This document shows, piece by piece, positions 46,248-58,428 of a stretch of DNA of 64,000 nucleotides. The notes beneath the pieces are model-generated. The model saw only the letters and a list, made by a program, of their open reading frames with translations. It made no database searches and was not told the DNA's origin. This DNA is from Antedon mediterranea (Eukaryota > Animalia > Echinodermata). Each line of letters opens with the position of its first letter. Within the stretch, counting starts at the first letter, position 1. The stretch is taken from contig NC_092675.1 in NCBI RefSeq assembly GCF_964355755.1, positions 28,678,912 through 28,742,911 of the forward strand. The letters are read 5' to 3'. The position numbers were made by a program, and so were the translations under genes.

Positions 46248-49200
46248 ATGTCTGAGAAACATTCTTCCGATTTGGCTCGAGACAAAGCAGCTCGTCTTTT
46301 GAAGAAAAGAGGAAGCGCATCATCACTCATGAGCAGTAGTGAGTACGGTGGAAGATATCGGCCAGCAGGGTGAGATAAGCACATACTTTATTTTAATAAA
46401 TAATACACTAATATATAATATTTTATCATCAAATGTCATAACTTTATCCTACTATTAGTCTATGATCTACAGAAAAGTACTTTTATCTGTTGTTTCATTT
46501 TAACCATAAAATGTTGACAGCAATTCAGAATGTCAATACTGCCCTCTATAATGTCTAATCTAAGGCTCTATCTACACTATTAAACAAGTTTGACAAAAAT
46601 AGTTCTGTCTACACTATCAAACTTTAACGTGATGTCCCCATGTCAATGAAATTAATAATTTTGTGTTAAATTTAAAATGTTTTCATAATGAGGGTCATTG
46701 GTGGATCACTTTTTGAACCTTGTTTTTTAGTTGACTACTGTATTTGTATTATCATGGATTTCATGAATAAACATGTATTTTATTAATTCTTCTTAATAAT
46801 AGGTCTATGAGCACTGTATCCTTTATGGACGACCCTAACGAAATCACTCGTGTGGGACATAACATGAAACTTGAGCCGACCTATCAGTTAAATCCCACCA
46901 TAAAATTCCCAGTGAAACAGATAAAAGACATTCTACAAGATGCTCTTGAAGGCTACCTGGGTGAGGAGAAGTATGAGCCTGAGTTGTGTAAACAGATGAC
47001 CAAGACCATATCAGAGGTACTGTATGCTGTTGTTTTTAAAACCTTCCTAACAGCTAACCTTTGACCTGGTTCAAGCAAGCTATCAATAAAAAAATAACTT
47101 AATATTCAATTGATAATGATAGATATTATAAATAGATATATATTTATTTGTCCAATAAATGTTGGAAATTTGCTTTCCAATGAAATACAGAGCTCATAAA
47201 AACAGATACATAAATAAAACAGTAATAATAAATTAAATACAAATGAGTTAAGTGACAAAATTACCGCCATACAACCTGATTAAAAATGAATTTGGATAAA
47301 AAGAATTCCTATATCTTGTCATACGAATACACGGTACACATAATCTTATGCCAGATCTTGATATCATGGATTAAGAGAATGTGTTTTGTCGTAAATAATC
47401 TTAATAACTTTCTTTTGAATTCAGCTGGTATAAATTGTTATATAATTATTATATAATATTAAATTATATTAATAAATATAATTACAATTAAAATAGTACT
47501 ATAGGTTCACTATAGTAAATAATATAAGGTCATTATCAATTATGATATAATTTGTGAAACCTTCGAACTTGTTGCTTCACGCCATATTAGTCATCAATTA
47601 TTCAAAATCACATCGCATTACAATAAAAACAACCAATAGAGTGAATGAGTGTTTAATTTAGCGTGATGACACAAATGGCCCTTTTGCGATTTATAACTCA
47701 TAATCAATGGCGGTGACACTTTAATCCCGATAGAAGATTTAGGGGTTTTCTTTCTTTTTTATTAATGTTATACCTGAGGATGGACTTATACCTGAGGATG
47801 GGCTTAAAAGATTCTATAAAATTCTATAATACTTGTTCCTTGTTAATGATGAGTTACAAATTGATTTCACTATTTTAAATGAAAAAGAGAAATACAATAG
47901 AACATGTTGAACAAGATTGCAAGCTTTTCCCAGCTTCCAAATCTCTGGTATAACTATGTAATGTTATGCATTTTATGTTATGTCTCTGGTATAACTACAC
48001 TATGTAATGTTATGCATTTTATGTTATGTCTCTGGTATAACTATGTAATGTTATGCATTTTATGTTATGTCTCTGGTATAACTACACTATGTAATGTTAT
48101 GCATTTTATGTTATGTCTCTGGTATAACTACAGTATGTAATGTTATGCATTTTATGTTATGTCTCTGGTATAACTACACTATGTAATGTTATGCATTTTA
48201 TGTTATGTCTCTGGTATAACTACACTATGTAATGTTATGCATTTTATGTTATGTCTCTGGTATAACTACACTATGTAATGTTATGCATTTTATGTTATGT
48301 CTCTGGTATAACTACAATATGTAATGTTATGCATTTTATGTTATGTCTCTGGTATAACTACACTATGTAATGTTATGCATTTTATGTTATGTCTCTGGTA
48401 TAACTACACTATGTAATGTTATGCATTTTATGTTATGTCTCTGGTATAACTACAATATGTAATGTTATGCATTTTATGTTATGTCTCTGGTATAACTATG
48501 TAATGTTATGCATTTTATGTTATGTCTCTGGTATAACTACACTATGTAATGTTATGCATTTTATGTTATGTCTCTGGTATAACTATGTAATGTTATGCAT
48601 TTTATGTTATGTCTCTGGTATAACTACACTATGTAATGTTATGCATTTTATGTTATGTCTCTGGTATAACTATGTAATGTTATGCATTTTATGTTATGTC
48701 TCTGGTATAACTATGTAATGTTATGCATTTTATGTTATGTCTCTGGTATAACTACACTATGTAATGTTATGCATTTTATGTTATGTCTCTGGTATAACTA
48801 TGTAATGTTATGCATTTTATGTTATGTCTCTGGTATAACTACACTATGTAATGTTATGCATTTTATGTTATGTCTCTGGTATAACTACACTATGTAATGT
48901 TATGCATTTTATGTTATGTCTCTGGTATAACTACACTATGTAATGTATGCATTTTATGTTATGTCTCTGGTATAACTACCGTAATGTTATGCATTTTATG
49001 TTATGTTATGCATTTTAAACCAATCGCTAGATGGTACATAATTATTATTTGTGAAATAAATATTACAGTATAATAAAAACAAATACTGTATAAATATAAG
49101 TAAACATAATATTTATGGTTGTATAATTGTTCTTATGTTGGTACTTGCAGGTAGTAAAAGCAAGAGTGAAGGACCTACGATTGAAGCGTTATAAGATTAT

Positions 49201-49354
49201 TGTTGTGATTCACATAGGACAGCTCAATGACCAAGGTATGCGAGTGTCAAGCCGCTGTTTGTGGGACGACTCCAATGATAACTTCTCTTCGCATCAATTC
49301 GCAAACAACTCACTTTTTGCTGTAGCGATGGTCTATGGTGTCTACTATGAATAG
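46248..49354 (+). CDS. TCTEX1D1: Tctex1 domain-containing protein 1 (dynein light chain Tctex-type 5)
   Basis: Exons 46248-46369 ([27 protein letters not shown]), 46803-47016 (SMSTVSFMD...EPTYQLNP...[15 protein letters not shown]), 49151-49354 ([15 protein letters not shown]...SRCLWD...[14 protein letters not shown]). An upstream exon 46008-46130 could add MNMVRK from the ATG at 46117. Confidence 0.92.
47942..49016. repeat. 46/41-bp minisatellite in the last TCTEX1D1 intron
   Basis: Unit tctctggtataact(acact)atgtaatgttatgcattttatgttatg repeated about 23 times in two length variants. It explains the ORFs at 47904-48897. Confidence 0.95.
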
Positions 49355-50206
49355 TAAGATGGTGTCAGTTTCAAAAGCAGTTAAAAGACATTTGAATTTA
49401 TCTTATTTATTGGAAGAGAAATTACTATTACCCACTTACACTAGTTGACAAACAATCAAGTATGTTTTGTGAGGAGGACCAGGAACCTAACCAAAAAAAA
49501 TTTAGCGTCATGGGTTGATCCAAGGTAGTGCTTGGGGCGCGTGCTCCCCCTTTTGACAGCTGAAATAAATATTCATGTTTGCCCTTCCCTGTTTAAAAAT
49601 TCCTGGAGCCGCCCCAAAATGTGAAATAATTTTGTATGAAAATACTCAAAGGATTGTTTGTATTCTCCCAAAACCAGATTTTTCTTAAGGAACAAAAAGC
49701 CCCAAATTCCTTTTTACCATTAAAAACACATTCCAAATACTTTTCTTAATACTAGACATATTAGGCCAGCCTAAATTGTCCGGAGAGAGAGAGTTGACTG
49801 TATGAATTAATTTTAATTTGCTTCAGCTTCTGCTTTTAGCCATCACTAAACCTTCATTTTACATGTCCACCAACTTCTGACTTTTTTTTATGATCTTTTA
49901 ACAAAACATATTATATTTTAACTTAAAAAAATGTTGTTACAAACATCTCCGTTTTACTTTTTATTTTGTTTTATTTGTCTTACCATAATTATTTGTCCTG
50001 AGGTATCATATAAGTGTGTGTTGTAAATAAGTAAACAAATATTTACAGTATAAAAAAAACAAAATCAAAAATTGTTTTTGCATGTTAGTTAGAAAATCTG
50101 TATTTATCGGGTTTTATTTCAACTCAACTCCTCTTTACATTCTTTTTATAAACCAACTGTAATTTTTTCATTGCTACAGGTTTGTTTTTATAGTTTTAGT
50201 AAAGTA

Positions 50207-50344
50207 CAGTAGAACACCCCCCCCCCCCCCCATTAAGAGGGTCGGGACGCAACAAAGTATTGTAAAGGGTTTGCTGAGTGTAGCGGTGTCCCCAGAATAG
50301 AAGTGTCAATTGAATAGGGATGTCTCAAATGTGGTGTTTTACTG
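50207..50344. mobile_element. Degenerate CAGTAGAAC-type MITE
   Basis: TA|CAGTAGAACACC...GGTGTTTTACTG inverted ends. Confidence 0.55.
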
Positions 50345-51937
50345 TTTAATTGTTTTGGAATAATTATATAAAAACCATTTTTAGCAAAAGAAATAAGACA
50401 TTTTTAAAGTATCTAATCTTCATGCAAATTTAATGCATGATAATGATATCAATATTTAGTATATTTTGAGGCCAAATATTGTGGTCATTATATTTTCACT
50501 GAAATTACCACATTTTTTTATCTGCTTAATTAATACCTGTCGTTACCATCTGTTTAATTGACATGTTTTTACATTGTAAACGAAGCCAGCTTATAAATTA
50601 TTGATTTTTATCTTTGTCCGATCTAATCCGTAACTTTATCATGCACGCTTATAAAAATTATTTAAATTGTAAATTTTTCAGCAATCCGAAATGGGTAAAC
50701 AGGTTGTATGTATTCTGAATCATGATAAGTATACATAAGTCTGCATATATGTTGAATTAATTTATTGTTATAAATATATTTTTAATACCAGTATATTTTA
50801 CTTTCCAATCATGTATTTTAGTAATTTTTTAACAATTGAATATCAACCAAATGAACAATTCATATATAAAATAAAAATACAATTCAAGAATTTAATAAAA
50901 ATAATAATAAATTATGTTTGTGTATATTAAGTTATGTTTGTGTATATACAGGAAGATTTGATTGTTTTAAAAAATGTAAAAATAATGTGTCACCTTTGAC
51001 CTGGTTTTCCCACAATTGATCATAAATTAGGTGTTATGAATTTTTCAGGTTTGTGTCTCTGACATGTGCACGAACGATTCCGATTTTTTACCACTCTGCC
51101 ATATTCATTACTTGGATCAGTTATTTTGTTAACAATTATTAAATTGTTCGTTTAAAAAAAAATAATGTTATGTATGGTTGTATTGTTACCAGAAGGCTAC
51201 TTGAATAGTATAAGGCAGATAAGCATGACTTCAATTTTCTTTTGTCATTGTTCATTTTTAAATAAAAAGGACTGTTCTTGATTATTATATTGAATTATTA
51301 TAAATTATTTATTGAACATTAAAGTATTATTTTTAGTATTATGGAATAAAAACAATATCATATACCCAGTTCGCAATCTATTTTTTTGGTCCTTTAATTA
51401 TGTATACATTCGTAATCCGTCCAGAAATGTTTTTTATTTGTAAATTATGGTATGATCATAATATTTTTATAAGCATAATTGTTCAATGTAAATCATTTAG
51501 TAATCAATTTATAATAATGTATGAACCTAGTAAATTATTCATAAAATAATATATTATGATATATTTATAATGTTTCTGTATTAAACATAAATTGTATATT
51601 TGGTTGAATTCAGAAATTTAGCTAATATGAAAATAAACAAATCTGTTTCAACTTTTGTGTACATTTCATTCATTTTATTTAACGTACAAAAACAATTATA
51701 ATATTTTAAAATAATCTATTATTTACTCCTCTTCTATATTTTATATTGCAAACCAAAATAAAATTATTTACTATCCTCACAGAACAAACATACATAAGGG
51801 ATTCCAAATAAATCTGAAGTCTGGGTTTTTGGTCAAGAGAAAACAAAATCCTGATATTTGATGGGATTTTTTAACCAATGACCCTGAGAGAATGGTAGCC
51901 GAGCATATTAACCACCAAGCTAGAATTCCACTTCTAA

Positions 51938-52087
51938 AGCTCTGTCTATACTATCAAACTTTATGTGACAAAAAATGTGATGTGCCCATATATGGACATG
52001 ATGATGTCATATCACTACCATATATTTGGGAATATCGCTACCATATTTGGGCACATCACACTTTTTTTGTCAAACTAGTTTGATAGT
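51938..52087. mobile_element. Family A MITE
   Basis: Matches the consensus; the right TIR is truncated. Confidence 0.85.
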
Positions 52088-52804
52088 ATTAATAGTGCTT
52101 AAAAATACACATTACCTACCCAAATAAAATCAGTATTTATATAGCCTTTAACAAATCGAACAGAATTGAGCACATTTTACAACAGGTTCGTCAGCAACTG
52201 GAAGAGAAACAACGTGTGTTCCTCAATGACAAGATGCCAAGTGAGTCGTAAACATAATTTTAATGGTAAAAAATATTGAAATAAATTAAGCTAAAATTAA
52301 CCAAAACCTGACATCAACTTTCCATAGTCACCGTAACAAACCAATTTATATATTGAAACAACATTTGAGTTAATGTGTTCAAGGTGTGTTTAAATCGATA
52401 ATTGTGTATGAATCGATACACTAACTATAGATTATTATAATGTTCTTTGATACGGTTGATTGATTAATACAACAATATTGCCATTTGTGTACGTTTGCAT
52501 TCGATTTATTATTTTTAGTCAATTCCTTCTGGTCCACGTCTTTTTGTTTGTTAACAATAAATCTCCAGTTTGATTGTCAATATTTGTAATATCGTTAGGC
52601 TTAAATAATAATTCATGTGTGTTCTTTATTTCAAAACGCTGGCCAACAAATCATACTCTAGGAAAATTATTTAATTTTGACGTCTGCGTCTCATCCAACT
52701 TTTTTTATTTCGTGAAAGATGTAAATTAACTGTATACCCTGCGATAGAGGCATCCCATATACGGAATAGAACCATACACATTTGATGAATTCCAATAATC
52801 ATAA

Positions 52805-52964
52805 AGCTCTGTCTACACTATCAAACTTTATGTGACAACAAAACGTGACGTGCCCATATATGGACATGATGATGTCATATTCCTACCATATTTGGGCATA
52901 TTATCACCATATTTGGGTACATCACACTTTTTTGTCAAACTAGTTAGATTAGTGTAGCGAGAGC
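52805..52964. mobile_element. Family A MITE just downstream of the PDZ gene stop
   Basis: Matches the consensus, with TAA/TTA flanks. Confidence 0.85.
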
Positions 52965-53021
52965 TTTATATGAACCTTAGAATGTATTATATAGGCATTC
53001 CGTCAACAAAAATAAATATGT

Positions 53022-55260
53022 TTATTCAAATTCTAAATATTGCATTATATTTTCAGGACCTTGCGTAAGTTCTAACGTTACGTTCACAGATTTCTTGATT
53101 GTCTTCACCACATCACTGTGTGATTTACCCTCCATTGATTCTCCATTTACGCTTATTATTCTATCGCCCACCTACAAAATATAAATATTGTGTTGATTAG
53201 TCGGCATCATAAAAGCTTGAAATTGTCCTGCTCGTCGTGGAGGCTATTAGATGTTAATGAACGATCGCTCTTCGATAATCAGATGTTTATTTTCCATCGC
53301 GTGTGACGTTTATATTCTGTTTTTCATCATAGTTTACCTCCATGGTTGAACACAAGATAAATTTCAATATTTAAAACTTATCTTAGTTTCAATATAATTT
53401 TAATGTACTTTAGCATATAATAAATACAATAATTTGTTTTAATCTACGGTAATCCGTGTCTCCTTTGTTCAATTTAAACAATGAACAGTGTCACTTATGT
53501 GCCGCAATATTTGCAACTTACCATAACTTGTGATGTCTTATATGCCTGACCCCCTTCCATTACACTTGATATAAACACGGGTACAAGCCCCAATGGGCTA
53601 TTTACCCCACCAGCTATAGTAATGCCAAGTCCAGGGCCACCGGTTTTTAGATGGACTGTCCGGAGTTCGTCTTGTTGTTCCGACGTCCCTGACCATCCAG
53701 AACACGACGGCGTTCCATATTCGCTTCCACCGTACAAGGAATCGTCTTCTTCTTCGTCATCATAACTTGTGCTATCGTTTTCTGGAGAGAATAAAGATGA
53801 ATAGGCCTATACCGCGGGTATCTTTTCGTTTATAGGCTATTGTAGAACAAAATGATGAGAAAACTATGTATTTGATTTTTATGTAAATTTGATATAGTGT
53901 TCATTCTAATAATCATTGTCGTTGCCGTTATAAATGACATGAAGTGACCATAGACTAAACCAGGAGGAAGGAGTGAAATGACATTATTAAATTCACTCCC
54001 TCCTGGACTAAACTACTATTTAGTCCATGATGCGTCCAAGTCAATCATTGATGTAACATGTAGACCATATAAAATCTTCTGTCGTTATTTGTTAAGCAAT
54101 TAAAATTAGGTGTTATGTTTAAATACAGTAGAACCATTGGGACCAACAACGTTTGCGTCGGGGACCTTGGGGGTGTTCACTTAACTTTTTGGGTTGACCG
54201 TGTGAATACGATCTCTCGTTTCACGGGAAGGTGTAAGGGGGAGGCGAGTTCTACTGTAGGGCCTAATTGTTCTGATTTTTTTTCTTCAAAATATTCCTAA
54301 TAATGCCAGCCATGACGTTGTTACTGTTATAATAATATAAGGCCATGATAGGCCCTACCTGGTTTTCCTTAATTAGGCTGTCAACCGGCCCATCAAGCAA
54401 TTCAACATTATGGTAGTACGTTACTCGCAAAATTAGATAATTGTTATGATCAATAATCATGTATTAAAAACGTGCTTTTCCTCTATCACAGTGGGGCGGA
54501 TTCGGTGTCTTTTGTGATGGGATGAAAACAGAACGATAAAATATTGATTATGTATATGCGCTTTAGAGTTAATATATAGGCTTATAGTGTGAGTGTATAC
54601 TATCTTTTTCTTCATATAATTGTAATATTTAAAAACGTTATTATAGGCCTACCGGTATGTATTGTGTGAATTGTGGGATAAAGAAATAATTATCTCTAAA
54701 AAAATTACACAAAATCTTTAATCTTAATTTAATATGGTTTATTGATAATAAATTAGCTCTGTTATTGATACAATTTTAATTTGTTACATTTAATGAAGTC
54801 TTTTTAGGTGATCGTACTTTAAAAAATAAATTAGTTTTTCCTCCTTGATTATTCGAAGTCGGCCTTATACTAAACTTTTTGTAAGTACGGATATTGCATT
54901 CCCTTTCTCATCTCTTTTAAAATATATTGAACCTATATTTTAAGTAGCCTACAGCTTTCATTATTATGTGATAAGGACAAGATATTAGATTTAGAAACGA
55001 TGTTTACATTAACAATTGTTAAACGATATTGAATTATGACACGATGGTGAAGTTCATCGGCCTATCATTCTATCAAATTCTAATACAAACAGCTACTTAC
55101 CTACAATACTACTGCTGGAGCTAACCCAGTCCTCCATTTCAATAAACTGTGACATTTTATTTGTCTTAAGATCCACAAGTAAGTCCACAGAAAACGGTTG
55201 CTTTGTGACAGTATTTACATACGATAATAAACTCTCAGCATATTGTCTGCTAACTGTCAT
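53022..55260 (-). CDS. Small single-PDZ-domain protein (189 aa); the PDZ resembles the penultimate PDZ of MPDZ/PATJ
   Basis: Exons 55260-55101 (MTVSRQYAESLL...EDWVSSSSSIV; in-frame TGA just upstream of the ATG), 53781-53522 (acidic linker, then LRTVHLKTGGPGLGITIAGGVNSPLGLVPVFISSVMEGGQAYKTSQVM), 53171-53022 (VGDRIISVNGESMEGKSHSDVVKTIKKSVNVTLELTQG...FE*). Splice phases are compatible. Two CCAAT boxes lie at about 55471-55488. Confidence 0.8.
54126..54256. mobile_element. 131-bp CAGTAGAAC-type MITE
   Basis: TA|CAGTAGAAC...GTTCTACTG|TA. Confidence 0.75.
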
Positions 55261-55877
55261 AAAAGTTCACAATATGAATTGATAGAGATTTGTTATGGTT
55301 CAATAGAATTGCTGTTCAAATCACGGTTGTTTACACGCAAACACAACCTACATTACTATGTGCATTGTGTCACTGTCCATTGGTGTCTAAGATGATATTC
55401 AATCTATTATTGCGTGATGAATTAGGTTTACAAAACGAGGTTATAAGTTTTCTCATCAGAATACGCGCTTTATTGGTAGGTCTATTGGCTGGTCTATTTC
55501 AATATAAAGTAGATCGCTACTATACGAACGAGTGTTAATAACTCGTATAGATCCACCCTGACTGCATGATGACAATGGAATCGTAATAAAATTCCCTTTT
55601 GTTAAAGTAGTTGTTTGCTGCTAAATGTATTGATTATTGACGCAATGTGAAACCTAGTTATAAAAAGTAATTGAATGCCCTGAGGCTGCCTATGCTGCGT
55701 CTTTTACAATTCTTATTATGTTGTTAAAATACTCATGGGATTTTAATGATATCGTGTTCTCATGGTTATGTAGGCTCGTTGTTATTTAGTTGGTCTATGT
55801 AGGCGGTGTAAGGGGTTGGGGGGCGTTGGTTTAACAAATTGAAAGAAACGTAGCAAACGATGTGTACCCTTACTTAT

Positions 55878-56216
55878 GCTTGGTTCACACTAGCGCAACA
55901 CAAGGACGTAACGCAGCGCAAGTAATTGACCAATCGCAAGCGATGGATTATCCGAACTGTCGCTTGTCATTGGTCAACACGCTTGCGTTGCCTTTACGTC
56001 CTTACGTTACGTCGTAGTGGGAACCAAGATTTACTAAAGCGTGGTTCCCACTAGCGACGCACCACAAGGACGTAACGCAACGCAAGTGAATTGACCAATC
56101 ACAAGCGATGGCTTATTCGCTTGTGATTGCTAACTGTCTATAACTTCGCTTGTCATTGGTTAAAACGCTTGCGTTGCGTTTACGTCCTTGCGCTACGTTC
56201 TAGTAGGAACCAAGCT
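55878..56216. mobile_element. Two tandem family B MITEs (55878-56030 and 56038-56216)
   Basis: Each has gc(t/g)tggtt(c)cactag...tagt(g/a)ggaaccaag ends. They are separated by TTACTAA. Confidence 0.85.
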
Positions 56217-57067
56217 TAATGTAAGGCCAATGTAAAGTAAGAGCCATGTGTGTTTAGTGGTACTCAGTGCTGGTGGTGGTACTGGACAGCTTCCACTTCC
56301 TTATACACATAGTCAAGCATTGTGCTGTATTTTTTAATGCTTTTTATGCATACATAGGCTGGGTTGTACGTGTTAAATGTATTCTCCTTGTCAAGATATA
56401 GTAATCACCAATTTTTCGCGCAAACAATGTAGAAAACCGTACATCTCTTAACGAAGAAAATAAATATTTATCTATCTCTTCACTTTCGGGTGCGTGATAA
56501 ATAATATAAAGATAAAACAGGGAAATGGACAAAAAATGGAAAAAAAAGCCAGACACAAACGCATTGCCACTATACAACAAACTGGTTTATTTAGTTATTA
56601 TTATTATTTATATTTATTATTTAATAACCCGTAAATATGTAAATTTCGGTAAATTAGTTTGTTGCTACTTGTTAGCAAATTAACAAACGATTAATTTAAA
56701 CACCTGCTTAAGATATAACATAAGACACTTTATTTGGCTCCAATTAGTAGTAGCCTATTATACTTTTTAAAATTGCAAAAAAAAAAGCAAAATTAATATA
56801 ATTTTTGGTTATTTTTAACGCTTTGTATATATATCATAGATAATAATACTTTATAAAAAAAAATCGCTAAATCTATTGTATAATATCTTATATAATATTA
56901 TATCTATTATAGTAAAATAGTTTAATTTCAATAATTGCACTAAATTTTATTTCTATACACTTTGTTTATTCTTTCCTTCCTTGCTAACTTCACTATTATA
57001 GCTCTCATTTTAAAATAAGAGTAACAGTTCATCCTAAAATAAGAACATTCATATTTGTACAGAATGA

Positions 57068-57308
57068 ATGGTTCCCATTTGGACGCACTGCAAGTGAATT
57101 GATCAATCACAAGTGACGTATGGTTCACGTGTAATGTCAAATTATGATGCGCTTACGAGTGGGAACCAAGGCTCTGTCTACACTATCAAACTAGTTTGAC
57201 AACAAAAAAAGTGTGATGCGCCCAAATACTGTATGGTAGTGATATGACATCATCATGTCCACATATAAGCACATCACATTTGTTGTAACATAGTTTGATA
57301 GTGTAGAC
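57068..57308. mobile_element. Old family B copy fused directly to a family A copy
   Basis: tggttcccatt...gagtgggaaccaag|gctctgtctacactatcaaa...tttgatagtgtagac. Confidence 0.7.
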
Positions 57309-57457
57309 TTTAAGGCTTCAATGTTTTCAAATGTCATGTCAATTCACTACATCTTAAAACAACCCAAAAATTCACATAAAACTAATAACTGTAAAGCCCA
57401 AAATGTTCGCACCGCGAAAATTGGAACATGCATGGCACATTCATTCATCCCTTTATA

Positions 57458-57606
57458 AGCTCTGTCTACACCATCAAACTTTATGTGACAAAAAAAGGTG
57501 ATGTGCCCATATATGGACATGATGATGTCATATCACTACGATGTCATCGTGTCCATATATGGGCACATAACATTTTTGTTGTCAGTTTGATAGTGCAGAC
57601 AGAGCT
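57458..57606. mobile_element. Family A MITE with an internal inverted rearrangement
   Basis: Both TIRs are present. The centre contains gcccatatatggaca and its inverse tgtccatatatgggc. Confidence 0.8.
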
Positions 57607-58264
57607 AAAATTTCCTATGCCCCTTTAGCTTCCCATCCTCCTAATTTTACCCATGACTTGTCATAATTTAAGGGTTAAAAAACTAAAACAAAAACACTAC
57701 TTCAGTTCTCCAGCTGCAAACCTCCGAAATAAATATCTAATATTAAATGGAAAAATGAAATTAACAATATTATCATTAACATATTGAATTTCATTATTCA
57801 GTTTCTTGAGTAAATGGTATCTGAGCAATCCAACTATATTAGGATAATATATGGTTATCATAAACCATGTTTTAAAATATTAACATTCATACATTTCAGT
57901 TAATCCTATTTCTACACATCAATACTTTTACTTTCTATTTGTGCAGAATATAGTACATTGAGTGAGTGTGCTAAGTTAATTACATCTAAAAATTCATTGT
58001 TATTTTAATCAAAATTGGTACAACAATCAGTATTTAAATTTATTGATTGAAATAAGTGCAGTTTTATTAATTGAGGAATCCATAGTCAATACAAAATGTT
58101 CTATGGTATATAAGTTATGCAAATCTAAAATGTTTAAATCCCATTTAAAATTATGTTGTTTGTTTGATGTGGGTGTTTGTACTGAAAAGCTATATTCCTG
58201 AATTCACTGACGAACAGGCTAATAAATAAATGGGACAAAAGCATGAGATGGACACACTTAGGAA

Positions 58265-58428
58265 CTGACTGGACTCGCATATTAGTTCAACTCACTGTTG
58301 GGTTGTACTTGTTGATGAGCTGGACTCACTGATGAGCTGGACTTACTGCTAAGTTGTACTCGCAGATGAGCTGGACTCACTGATAAATTGTACTTGCAGA
58401 TGAGCTGGACTCACTGATGAGCAGGAGT
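58265..58428. repeat. 17-bp degenerate tandem repeat spanning the ZYG11 stop codon and proximal 3' UTR
   Basis: Unit gatgagctggactcact with variants, about 9 copies. The stop (TGA, 58411-58413) lies within the array. Confidence 0.8.

Noticed and set aside
47904-48897. Cys/Met-rich repeat ORFs
   Set aside because: They are translations of the intronic minisatellite.
55101-55260. LURAP1-like or L27 domain in the PDZ protein N-terminus
   Set aside because: Only a vague helical, leucine-rich resemblance; I cannot align the diagnostic motifs by eye. An HMM search is needed.
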